Shown here: positions 1-12,476 of the stretch, piece by piece
Position numbering within the stretch: the first letter of the stretch is position 1
How the letters are laid out: each line of letters starts with the position of its first letter
Source: Centroscyllium fabricii
Taxonomy: Eukaryota
Direction of reading: 5' to 3'
DNA length: 64,000 bases
NCBI GenBank assembly: GCA_051313645.2
Contig: JBNRSN020000058.1
Location: 1,054,001 to 1,118,000 of the forward strand
Position numbers and translations under genes: made by a program
Notes under the pieces: generated by a model
The model's database searches: none
What the model was told of the DNA's origin: nothing
What the model saw: only the letters and a program-made list of their open reading frames with translations

Positions 1-254
1 CCCATAATTCTCCCACACTGAATTCACAGGCAAGGAAAGAAAAAAAAGAGGGCAACTTGCCCTGAGCTGCTCGACCACAACTTCTGGTGATCAGTTCCAC
101 AGCTACATCGCAAGAGGCCTGGAAGCAGGGCTTCTATCTGCCCTTTTGGCCAGGAATGAGATATGGGCATAAAACTGGCTGGAATTCTCCTAGCCTCTTT
201 CCTCACACACCCATCCTTTTGTGAAGGCAGCAATTCATGATGATGTGCCGCATC

Positions 255-560
255 ACGGGTGTTGGCAGCCTTGCATTGCATGTGAATCATGAATCAGAAC
301 GGAGAACGCTGCTGGCTACTCGACCATGAGGCCCACTACAGCAGTGTCTGATCCTGCCCACTGGATAACAATGAGGAGCAGGAACTCTGACTGATATTTT
401 TACTTGACCTACTTCAGGGATGCTGAGGCAAGTTGTGATGTCTCCAATGCCACCACAGCGGAGTTGGATGAACTTACCATAGATCAAGGATCAATCCTAG
501 GATCTTCCTGGCCTGTATGGCTTACTATCACTTGATGCTAAGCATTTAACTAATGAATTG
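255..560 (-). mobile_element. Old degenerate tRNA-derived SINE
   Basis: Reverse-complement similarity to the SINE body at 3700-4890 (gatcctgccca..., ggagcaggaactctg..., gatcaatcctaggatcttcctgg as a reversed head). Boundaries approximate. Confidence 0.45.
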
Positions 561-3500
561 GTAGAGCAGACTTAGCTAGAATTATTAACAAAGGTGGGAT
601 TTTTTTTGAAAATTAATGATGTTTGGGTTACAATATTTTAAATAAATTTCCATGGGGTATTTGAAGTGTTTCACACGCCCAGCATTTATACTATTTTTGA
701 ACAGTAAACTCACGCCAAAGTTGCATTGCTTAAATAGCATGCAGCATGCTGCAATTACATCATTATGCCAATGTAGCACTTCATACATGGTTTAATCTTC
801 CCACTGCACACTTTGGCATAAAAACGCTGATGCTTACGACTTAAAAAGGAAAAAGGCAACATTTTAAATTGTTCAAAATAAACAAATATTTATGAAAAAA
901 ATTGCGTGTATAGGACTGTATCCACACATCAGCAGATTAACCATGGGCAGTTTCAGACCAAAGTGGTACCAAACCAGCAGTTCTGGTATGTTTTAAACCA
1001 ATTAAGACCTCATTGAGAAGAATGCAACCTAATTGTACCATACACATCATGGGACCAAATTGTGTTAAAAATCAGAGCTGCTCTTGTTACCAATCTCCAA
1101 CGTAACCGAGGTCTGGAATCCAAATCCAGCCGGATTGAACTGACGCCCAACTCCACACAGGTCAAGAAAATTAGATGGGGAGAAGAGGAAATTCTGATGG
1201 AAAGGGTCAAGATGTTTTTGTTTTTTTAACTATTCACTTCCATGGGGAGTTCACAAAATGGCAACATCCATTTGATTTTACCCCCACTCCCATAATCTTC
1301 CAACGTAAAAGAGCTGCTCTGCAATCACTAGAGACTCACGATCTACAAATACAGTACCTCAGTGTGACTTTGGATGATTCTTTTCGAACAGCAGAAAGAC
1401 ATTTTCATTAAAGGATTGAAATCAGAAGATTGGAAAGTTTTAGCAACAAACGTGTGAAGATTGGAACAAAATTGCCTTAATTACAGGAGCAGTATAAATG
1501 CCACATAACTGCTTGATTTATTAAACAGAGACTGAACGCCATTCGCACAAGGCTTTACATGACGCATTTTGATGGTTTTGGAACTGAACTATAGAAAACA
1601 ACAAAGATAATACAGCTTTCATTTCTTTAAAATGAGCTCAGTACAGGTCCTCCGATCTGCAGTTACTGGAGCAGGGCACAAACTGACTTCATCAAATGTC
1701 TCCTCACTGTCTTTTAGATGTTTTAATTTGTTACGAGACCAATCAAAATGATGATTCCATCATTCGTATCAGCTAACCAATGTAAAATGATAATCCACTG
1801 TAATATAGCTCTTTGCAAAATCTCAAATACTTTAATCACAACAGATTATATCAGTTTAACACGCTACTCGCTATGTGGGTGTTGGTACTGTTAACTATTT
1901 TTAGGTTAGAGTATTTTCCAATTTAGCTGCATCACTTCAGACTAGAGGTTTTTCTTTTAATCTGCTTTCTAATATGAAAGTTAGTACAGGGTAGCTGCTG
2001 GAGTGATATTAAATTCAGATAGGGTGTATCCATCTGATAATATACATTAGACAAACATCAGCTTAATTCTTTACTGTAGTAAGGAATATCAACTTTCAAG
2101 GTTAATCTTTTTACAGCAATATATCAAGATTGCACAATGGTTACATTTCCTTACAAGGGTATGGCTATTTAAAATGATCTGTATTAGTAATACTGCCAAA
2201 AATATTCACGTGCTGTGGGGGTGTATTTTCTGCCCCATTCTGGGAATTAGAATAGTTTTAACTGACAGAATTTGCAGTCGTTTCAGAATGGAACACTACT
2301 ATCTGTATTAAAAGATAATACTTATAGTACCAATGCCACAGGAGAGACCATTTCTGGCAAGAAACGGTCATTTATTTTGACAGATTAGGTTTCTGCAGAA
2401 TGAGTGCGCCATTCTGTAGGTTCAAAACAGGATTCGATTTAAAATACTATTAAACAAAATCAAAAACTGTGCACACCATTCTCCTTTGTGTATCTGTCAG
2501 TGCACAAAAACACGGCGATATTCAAGAACAAAACCAGCAGCAGCACTAAAGCAATTAGCTCTCCAGTTTTTTTTAATTATTTTATAAACAGGTTGAGCAT
2601 GCTGGGACTCCCCATTAAAGGGGCTGGGGCAGGAAAATCATTTTAGAAGTATCATGATATAATCAACAATCCCAACTAAATGGAATATTATTTAGGTATT
2701 TCCCCAGAAACCGCAACTTTGCCCAAGAAAACAAGGCTTTCTTCTGATTCTTCGTAACCCATGGTGGTTGAGCTAGGAAGGTTATGCTGTGACGGGAGAT
2801 CCGATTGGTAGTATAGCTGCTTTCATATAATCACAAAAGGGGGAGGATTTCTTCTTCTGGTCACTGTAAACGTAATAGGAAGATTTCCTCTGATCACTAT
2901 TTCTTGTAAAATTGTAAGCATGTTCTTTTAGAATGCATTTACAATTTTGCTATAAAATAACATAGAAAATCTTCCCGCTATATTTCACTAACACATAGTG
3001 ACTAAGGGAAATTCCTCCCCCATGTTAATTGCCATCTTACATTTCCAACGGCGTTTTTTTTAAAAAGAACTGTTGTAAGGTGGGAAAATAATCTATGTTT
3101 TTTAACCTGTGCTAAATAAACAGAGTATCTTGCTCTTTAGGCAAAATGCAAGTCAGTCCCAATTTACATTCTCCAAGCCTTAAGCTTTCCTATCTGAAGT
3201 TGTTTGTATGATAACAGTAACCTTTCAGCAAAATAATTTTCTTATTAGGATACAGAGCCTATAAAATATCCTCAACTAGAACTCTATACAGTGATATAGA
3301 CCTGTCAAACAATGGGATGAAAGCTCTCCAGATCTGGCAGTGTATGAGCAATTTTGTGTGGCTGCAGTGATGAATAAGTCATAATTATGTACAATTAATC
3401 TGTTAATAATTGATAAGATTTGAGGTAATTAAAGATTTATTAATCACTTTTAAATCAAGCTCGTTCCATTTCTGGCAAAGATGATGAAATCTGTTCCTAC

Positions 3501-3699
3501 CCTTTGGGCAGCCCAGCAGCTTTGTGAGTTCAGATCTGGCTTCTTAACCAGATGGTCACAGGTTGGCGTCCCTAGGCCATCGATTTGTACTTATCACAAG
3601 ACCGGCACTGACTGGGGTTCATGGGATTGAAAATTCCTATGGGCCTCCATCTTTTACAAACTCGACAAGGCCAATTGGACTGCATTAAATGTTTAAGCT

Positions 3700-4890
3700 C
3701 TTCTAATGGTTCAGCTGGTTAAAGCAGTTGAGTTGTACAATCAGGAGGGCCCCGGGCTCATTACCTGCTCTTTGCTGATTTAGCCCAGCTCAGCCAGGAT
3801 GGTGGCAGACAGTAAAATTGGTCTTAATGTACCTGGCGTAGGAAACAGAAATTCGGCCAACAATTCCCTCATGGTGGCTAACCAGGAACCTCTATTGAAA
3901 GTGCAAGTGTGGACATGGCACAAGGACACGGTCAGATTTGGCTAGTATACCGCCAATGGTCAAATAATAGGCCAACACTCATTGTTAAGTATCACACTTA
4001 AAGGGGGGGGAATTTCATGCCCCCGTGAGGCGGGCTTTTCGGCGGGTTGGCGATCAAAATAGCGGAACCAGCGGGTCGTGCCCCCCCCCCCCACCCCCGG
4101 ATTCCCGCCGATTTCCCATTTTCGGTCGGACTGTTTCCCCACCCCGAATCTTTCCCGCCAGCAGCCGGCGGAGATGGCTGATCAGATGATTAAGGGCCCT
4201 TAATTGGCATGTGTAATGCCATTTTAAGGGCCCTTGGGGATTTTCAGCCCCTGCCCACCCAAACCCCGCCATCCTAAACCCCGCTGGGTTTCACCCAGCG
4301 GGAGCACAATGATTTTAAAACTTACTCCTTCCAGGTGTTGAAGGCCCTGGAGCTAAATGCTTCTCAGGCCTTCATCACACTGCAGGAGTAAGTCACTCCC
4401 TTAGGGCAGCAGCAGCTGTGGGGAAAAACTTCAAAAACTGCCTTCTCCATCTCCAATGACAGACGCTGGCTATCTGTCAAAAATTTGAAGCCCGCCCGCC
4501 CACCTGTCACTCAGCAGCATATGCCTTGCCCCATTGGTCACACTTCACTGTGAGGTCACAGTGGAGTGTTTCCATGGGAACTGTAAATAGACAATTCCTG
4601 CATTTCCCTCGAGGTGCAGTTTCAGCACCGTAATTGGCCGCCGGACTGCTACAATTAGCTCAGGCACCCGCACACGGTGATTCAATTGACTAATTAGTTG
4701 AAAATAGTGTAGCCTTCCCAGGCCTTTGGGCGGGCGGGACAGGAACCCGCCCAGACCAATCCCCGCCAGGTTCCCGCACATCCGGCAAAATCCCCCCGAA
4801 AGAGTGGTCACTTGGTTGAGGCAGAAGGATAGTCACCTGGGCAAGATACCAGAGGACAATGGACACCATGCAGCTGCACCCAAGAGAGGA
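3700..4890 (+). mobile_element. Old tRNA-derived SINE interrupted by the MITE at 4003-4798
   Basis: Head tggttcagctggttaaagca...ccccgggctcatt. The body reads on across the MITE (cacacttaaa|gagtggtcacttgg). Confidence 0.45.
4003..4798 (+). mobile_element. Non-autonomous PIF/Harbinger-type MITE, family A copy 1
   Basis: Ends gggggggaatttc.../...aaaatcccccc; probable AAA TSD; internal palindrome ttaagggcccttaattggcat..atgccattttaagggccc; colinear with copies at 23808 and 24889. Confidence 0.8.
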
Positions 4891-5939
4891 ATTAACACCT
4901 TCAGGTGAGGAAAGGAAAACAAATAGTGGCACTGAAATTCCATGGGCGTTCCACTTTAACTTCAGTGGAAGATCAGTGGAATCCCAAGAGAAACGGTGTA
5001 AATGGAGGGAGACTGGGAGAATCCTTGTAGAATTTCTAGGTCACTGTGTATTTACTACAAAAAAGAGAATTAAATGAACAAATCTTAACTGGATTTAAAA
5101 ACAGACATGCAAACAAAAATGGGAAAATACTGTAATTGGTATGTGCATTTGGACAACTATATTAAAACCAGGCACAAACATTACAATACATGAACATGTT
5201 CTCCATCACACAAGGTGGTTCTGATTTTAAAAATAACAAAAAGTCCTCGTCAACCAACCCAATGTAATCCTACAGACCCTAATATACTAAACATGAGCAA
5301 GATGGTTCACCTTGGGGCTGAGATTCCTGTCTTCACTAATTTTAGCAATAAAAAAGGATGAGAGGAAAAATAGCATTCTCCCTTTTCTTCAGAATTAATA
5401 AAGACAACAATTTCGGCCCTCCAGAATATTCATGAGCAAAGCACAGCCTGTAAATCCAGTCAATACTGCTTGTGCACAACTCGGGGCTGATTAACACTCC
5501 AGTGTGGCTGTCACACCTGGCTAAGTTCTGATTTACTAATGCTGAAGTAGGGCCCCCTCACAGTATAGCAAAGTGTTTTGATGGTTATAATTTTTTTAAT
5601 AATCTAATTGCAGCTTCCTTAGCCCACCACAATCATACATCCCATTGATCAGCCACACACTGCCACAAGTTGTGGAATAGGCCGCTGCTCAGCTGGCTCA
5701 TCTGAAGAGCCTTGCGTTCAAAGAGAAAGAGTTGCAGGGAATTTTTTAATTTTTCAATTCTGCTCCCCCCATTTCATTACTTTTTGATGAGCGAGCATTT
5801 AGCTTTTTAAAAGTGAAACTTTCTGACAAACTCCTGAAGTCTGTCTGCCAACTGAACGTTTTCCTAGAATGATATCAAACACAAAGAGAACAAATAAAAT
5901 AAGTATATGTAAACCATGTAAAATGTAAATATTGAGATT

Positions 5940-6320
5940 GGGCCATGTAGTGATGTAGAAAATACTCTTTTCACCTCTGGAATCTCGGCTTCAATCCGGC
6001 CCAGACTATTAAGAAAAGACTCGCATTTATATAGCGCCTTTCACAGCCTCAGGACGTCCCAAAGTGCTTTACAGACAATTAACTATTTTTTGAAGTGTAG
6101 TCACTGTTGTAATGTGCAAGGTTGAAAATTTTCTGATAGCTGCAAGGGTTCTACATGAAATAAATCTGGGCCATTCTCAATGTAATTCCTAATGGGCGAG
6201 TTACCCCAGCACTAACAGGCACTACACTGACAGACTCGCTCAGACAGGACACAGATCACTGACATGGAAACTGGTAATGTTGGAGTTGAGGCATATTGCA
6301 GAGGCACCATAGAGTGGCAC
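5940..6320 (+). mobile_element. LF-SINE-like ancient SINE, interrupted by an L2/Deu-SINE tail at ~6013-6115
   Basis: Ordered motifs tttcacctct, aatccggcccag, ctacatgaaat, tctcaatgtaattcctaatgg, gcactaacaggcac and gttgaggcatattg match my recall of the LF-SINE consensus. Confidence 0.5.
6013..6115 (-). mobile_element. 3' tail fragment of L2 or an L2-tailed Deu-SINE
   Basis: gcatttatatagcgcctttcac...ggacgtcccaaagtgctttacag...gaagtgtagtcactgttgtaatgt, similar to the tails at 51935 and 25890. Confidence 0.7.
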
Positions 6321-7958
6321 AGTTAATGCGAATATGGAGTGGAAAAGTGGAAAATAGTTCCATTCCCAAAACTGACAACCCACAACAAATATAATTTTTA
6401 AAAGTTCTCGATTGCTACAGCTTTCGCTTTCCAATAAGCTCGAGTTAAGCACAAGATCCTTCTATCATTGATGGATCGATAGTCTTCATTTTAAAGTCAT
6501 TTAAAGGGGGACCATTACCTGGTGGGCAAACTCTGGTGCAGTCCAAGTTGCTGGGACATCTCCCTCCAACATTTTAGCTGAAAAGTCAGCAGTGCTGGCT
6601 GGCCGGCAGGGTGAGTTCATGCTACACGTTAGATCAACTGCAGCACAGAGCTTTGCAATAAGATCTCCTTCCTCCTAGAAAAACCTGAAGGCGTAGACAT
6701 GGTGATGTCAATGCCACACACCTCCATTTACAAACCTACTAACGTGTCTTGGAAGACACATTAGCAAGTATCAATGGGTTCTTTGAAGACAAACAGAGGC
6801 TGGCTAGGTTCCCAGATGCCACTGAAAGGGATGAGAGCTTTGGTGCAGTTGCAGGCCAAGGCAGGATGAAAAGGGTTAAGGAACAATTCATCAGTCTCGG
6901 TAATGAAATATAAACAGACTATTCGGCACAGCTTGTTTATGAATAACAACTACGTGCACAACTGGAGCCGTTTATTTCCATTTCAAATTGGCCCCACAGA
7001 ACCTTCGGTTTACATTTGAGAACCAAGGATCAACTGTACATTTCCAGAAAGCGAACAGAGCAACAGTAAAATCCAGACTGAAATAGATCAAAATGGTTTA
7101 TTTAATATATTTCAGTGTCAACAGATTTTGTTTTAGTTCCATGGTATTATTCTGTAGCTCCCTCCTCACAGGGAACTAGAAAGCTTTATTGTTAAATACA
7201 ATTTCTAAATATATCCCATTTTATGAATTTTTGCCAAGCATATTTTAAAATTTAACCCATCCCGATATGCTTTTAAATTTTAAACCTATACCAAACATTG
7301 TAGTGACACAATTTTGGAATATAAAAATAAAGAAATTGTAGCAATGCAGTCTTTCAAAATGTTTTCTTTAAATGCATGTCACCCGAGCCTGCTTCACATT
7401 TTCACAGCAGAGACACGCATCTTTGCGTTGAAATGTGATTGTCCCCCAGGTTTGTTTGTCAATTTGGGAGATGTGGTTTTTAATTTCTCATTCAAAACTG
7501 TAAATCAGGGTTGTTTACGGGTCCCAGCAGATAGTGCTGTGTTTAAAGTAAGGATTTCTATGTGCATTCTATTGTGTAAAAGGAGCTCTTTATTCCATTA
7601 AGATCACTACCCAAAGCGCTGGTGTTAAATCAATAAAGGAAATGAAGCTGGCATTCCCAAAACATGGTGGACAAGGTTTTTTTTAAATTTAAAGACCCCA
7701 AATAAGTCTCCAATTTTTAATGAAGCAGAAGTTTGCAACATCAAATATCATGTTGGCAGCGAGACTGTGACAGTACCGCAGGGTCTTCCGACAGCTGAGT
7801 GTTATCTGTCCTTCCACGCACACCCTCTTCATCTCTCTTTCTTCCTGGCCCACATTCATGCTCTCCAGATGGACCATCAGTTTCATACCGATGCCAACAT
7901 CATCAAGAACAGCTTGCACGATGTTTGGGGAAAACAAAGATGATGGATTAAGTATCAG

Positions 7959-7959
<1 letters not shown>

Positions 7960-8007
<48 letters not shown>

Positions 8008-8027
8008 TGTGAGTGTGAGTGAGTGAG
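7960..8027. repeat. (GT)n microsatellite with GAGTGT extension
   Basis: Directly visible. Confidence 0.97.
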
Positions 8028-11000
8028 ACTTTGTAGCTTAAATGCAACTTTGAAACATAGCTTCTGAAATCTGCTTTGCCAGGACAATGTAGTCAGTCCT
8101 TTTAAGAATTGCTGTTTAAATTGAGGCTGGAAAGCTGGAATCGAGTCTCGGTGCAATATGTTACATTGCAGGCTTTCGTCCAACCCACTTTCCAAAGAGG
8201 TACAATCAAAGTCATTGCAACAACTACAGTTACACTACTTGCAAAAAAATACATAACTATAGGTTCTGCACAAATTACTTAAGGGCTCAATTTTTACTGT
8301 ATCATCTTAGAATAATAAAAACGAGTCAATACAACAGGAAATCACTTTTAATTCTATTACCTGTATAAACTTTTCCTTTTTTTTGTTTTCCCATTTTGAG
8401 GCTGTATTTTTGTCCACAGCACAGACGGCCTGGCAAACTTGCAGACTCAGGCACGGTCCAATGCCCTATATAAAATTACTGGAGATACTGAACAATATGT
8501 TTCCTTAATGTTCTGCCAGCCAATTGCATTTTGAAGAATTTTTCACATCACAAGAAACAAATATATTTGCCCAGCTCATTTTCTTTCATTGATAAACAAA
8601 GCTGAATATTATGGGGCACAGTCAAAGTGAATTCTCGTATAAATTTTGCTTATAGCAAAATCTGGAGGAGTGGGTAAGGCGCTGCAAGAGTTTCATTCTA
8701 ATCTTATTGCGGGGACAGGGCTCACAGGAACCTGACAACAGTGAGAAACAGCACAGAATGTTAACAGTGTTTCAACATTATTCAGACTACATGCACTGTT
8801 GCAGTGTAATACGCAGCCCTCTTCCCAATTTTCTGCTGGCTGCGATGAGGCACATTTAAGATATTCAGGAAGAAATCAGAGGGATCGTAATTTTGGAAAA
8901 TTAAAAAAATTATGAATGAAAATATTTTACCTCTTACCCCTCTCCAGAAAAGTGCTGCAATATTTTTACTTTCACCAGTGCAACTTAACAAGAAAAGAAT
9001 GACTGGCTGAGTCTGGGTTGAGTGCGCTGTACACATCAGCTGTGTATCAAGATTTCTGACATGAGCTCATAATAGTGTTGAGATCTAAACATTTAACATC
9101 TTGTTTTCTTACATTCTCCAGCAGAGGAATAATTTATAAGTGCACCATACAACAAGATCTGTAGTCAAAACTATAACAAATACCCTCCTTTTCCATTTAA
9201 GCACACTTAAAGTTTAATATGTAGTTATTCGACAACGCACTTACAATATATCTGAATACAGCATGTTCCAGACATATCTTATAGTAGGCTGACACACAAT
9301 AGCATGGAATCCTATTACAAAATGTATGTTATGTCTTCAAATACTAACGTAATGATCCCAATTGTGGCCGATTTATAACTGCATGCCCGATAAGAATCTT
9401 AATTTGAAGAAATGCAATGTGCGACTCTCACATTTAAAAAATAAAAATGATTAGAAAATATTTTCCTATTGCTTGGAGTACCACTTTCATTCCAGGGTTA
9501 CTCTTTCACAGCTGGATTATGTGTGAGGTCTGCTCTTTCTTCTGCTCAAGCAGCAGAATACAGTACAAGGAAGCTGTTTGGATCAAGTATTTTTTTTTAA
9601 GCGGAACAAAAAAAAATAACTTTAAATAAAAGATCTACAGTCAAACTGAAAAGAAATTGAGCACAGCAAATTTTGGAGAGAAGAAAGCAGAAACAAAGAA
9701 AATAAAACAAAATAGGAAGATAATGCAAGCAAAACAAATTATAAAAAGAAATTAGCTGACGCTGTGCTAATTGGTTTTATTTGAGGATTCCTTGAATAAA
9801 CCCCTCATTAATTTTATACAAAATAAAGCTCAGCATTCTATAGATTGAAAATCGAAAAAGTCTTAATAATTGCATACGGCAATTATCCAAGTTATTACTT
9901 TTGGATATAAAGTGCTAACAATGCAGCTCGATGCAATGAGTGAACAATAAAGCTGCATGCATCAATTCAAATAAAGAGTCTATTCAGTTTTTACCACTGA
10001 TTTTAAAATAAATGCAAGAAAGCAATTACACCAAGCTATCTTAGCTCCAATTCAGCAAACAAGGGATCATTGTCAATAAAAAAAAAAATTAAATAAGGAG
10101 ATTAATGTCAGATAAATGTACTTAAAGAAAACAATCTGAGAGACTATCTAAGCTAAGAACTGATTTCTAAAAGTTATTTTCCTGTAATCTCTGATGCCTT
10201 GCAAAAAACAAACATATTTTCAAAATACACTAACCACTACTATTGTTAAAAAAAATTCAAAGGTACTTGTGGATGTTTGCGTGAAGCAAAATAAATAATT
10301 GCACATTACAAGAAAACAAATGTGGTTGCTTGAACAATTCCATGTCCTATTCTGCGAGGCATATTTAACATCACGTACCCATATCGTTGGGAATCATGAT
10401 CAACAAAGCAGCTTCTACCAACAGATACTTGCTGGAATAATAACAATCCAACTGCAAGTTACATTTATCCTTATAATCAACAACTGAACTCAGTTTAAAT
10501 TGCCTTCTGGAGCCACTTCAAACACCTGCTTTCTACTAACTGTGCAGCGGAATTATTTGATTCGGTCTGTCTTAAGTAATATTGAATACTTTCAAGCAAC
10601 AGAAACTAAACCTTGTCTCATTGATGTAAAATACATTTTTCCATACTAGGTCATTACTAATTTTAAGATTTTTAAAAATAAAACAGTGTATTGTTCTATT
10701 AAAAAATTAAATGGGGCAGAACACATAAAATAATGTATTTTATCTATTCAGTATTGAAAAGAGTTTGTATAATTAACACACTAGGGTTGACAGGGAATGG
10801 CTGGCCTTATAAGTCTATTGGGTAGCAATATTCATTTAAAAAAATGATCATTCTTTCTTAAAACATATACAATTTAAATTTTAAATAAAGCTTCCTCTGC
10901 TTCTTTCTGCTTTGAGCTACATTATTCCAGTCTACATTTAAAAATACCAACAGAAAATTCTAGAAAGTAAATCAAATCTTCAGCAAGCTTGAACATAGTA

Positions 11001-11845
11001 TCGTGAACAGCAAATACCATTCGGGGAATGAAAACTGACTAGTCTTTCTGTAAAGGTGAACAATGCACTCAAATGGAAAAGAGAACTCATTGCTTCAATT
11101 AAACAAATTAATAAAATTACTTCTTAATTTGCAGTCACTTCGGGCAAACTAGTCGAAGCATGACAGCTCGTTCCAGCGAAAATTGTAGTATCAATCCCAC
11201 TCATGACAAATGGCGGTTCTTTTTGATTTCAACAAATATGGATGCTATTGGAAAACTTGAAAAACAAATACTGTGTAAGCCTATAATTAGCAAATAATGG
11301 ACAATTCTGTGGAAATGACCCATAAACACAAAAGGTTTGGACAGTCTATAATACCTCCACTTCAAATCAGATGGATTATGTCTAATGTTGTGACACTCAA
11401 GTAACTCAAAGATCCTGTTTACCGAACCCATATCCCTCCTCCGTAACCTATTAAGGGAAAAACAGTACAAAAACATATAAAGATTTTTTTTTAATGTAAA
11501 ATAAATTTTTGAAGAGAAATCCAAAATAGCTGACATTTTCCAAAGCCAATGAGGGAGAGTTTAGCCCGATATCATTTACAGGACACAGGACTCAATGTTG
11601 TACCAAAATTAGCATGTTAGAAGTATGTTTGCATAAATGCATAAGATCCAACAATAACAAGATGTTATGTTTTAAATATACTGTCTTTATTAGATCAGAA
11701 TTGGACAGAAGGAACCCCAAATAAATGCTGCTTGGTGCTGCTAGAACCATTGTTAAATAATATTAAAACAGTTCATTCCTCTCCTGCTAAATAAATGGAG
11801 CTGCATTGAGTTAGGTAAATAAAGGAAGATAAATAAATAAATGGA

Positions 11846-12476
11846 TGAAGGAACGGACAGAGATTTGTAAGATGTCTCCAACTTCACTCCCTAGACGCAG
11901 GAGACTTTTGGCCGTTTTTGGGGTGCTGTCGGGGCCGTGGATTGAGGACCGGGTGCTCGGAGATTCGCAGGGCTTGTATGGAGCCGTGGGTCGGTGTTGG
12001 GCCTCGGATTCTTCGCTCCCGAGTAGCGAGAGCTCGGAGATTCGTTGGTCCTGCCTCGGGCCGTGGGTCGGCGTGTGTCCTCCAATTCTTCGCTCCCTTG
12101 ATGCGGGAACTTGACGATCTGGCAGTTCATTGGGGCCTGTCCTCGGGCCGATGGTCGGGCACCGGGCCTCCAGTCTTCATTCCAGTCTTCATTCCAGTCT
12201 TCACTTCAGTCTGGACTCCCGTAAACATCGAAAAACTTGAATGAGTAGTTAAAGTTATGGTTGAAAGTTAATAAAGTTGAACTTAAGAGCCGGAGCACAA
12301 GCGGACCCTCAACGATGGGGCCGGAGAATGGCTTGACGTCTTGCGGGTTCCGGGCATGCTATGTATCTTGTGTTCTTTGTTGTTAGTTGTTATGTAGCGT
12401 GTGTGAATAGCAATAGGCATTTCACTATCTGAATTTTTGCTCATTTATGTGACAATAAAATTTACTTACTTACTTA
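11846..12476 (+). mobile_element. GC/CpG-rich non-coding retroposon with a Rex1/Babar-like 3' end
   Basis: Ends catttcact...atgtgacaataaaa followed by (TTAC)3, like the Rex1 tail at 55100; has internal ~78-bp and 12-bp tandem repeats; 5' boundary uncertain. Confidence 0.55.

Noticed and set aside
6690-6915. GDVNATH as a Harbinger transposase GAIDGTH motif
   Set aside because: Weak match with no other catalytic motifs or TIRs nearby.
7689-8195. 168-aa ORF with an HT repeat
   Set aside because: The frame runs through a (GT)n microsatellite and shows no recognisable domain.
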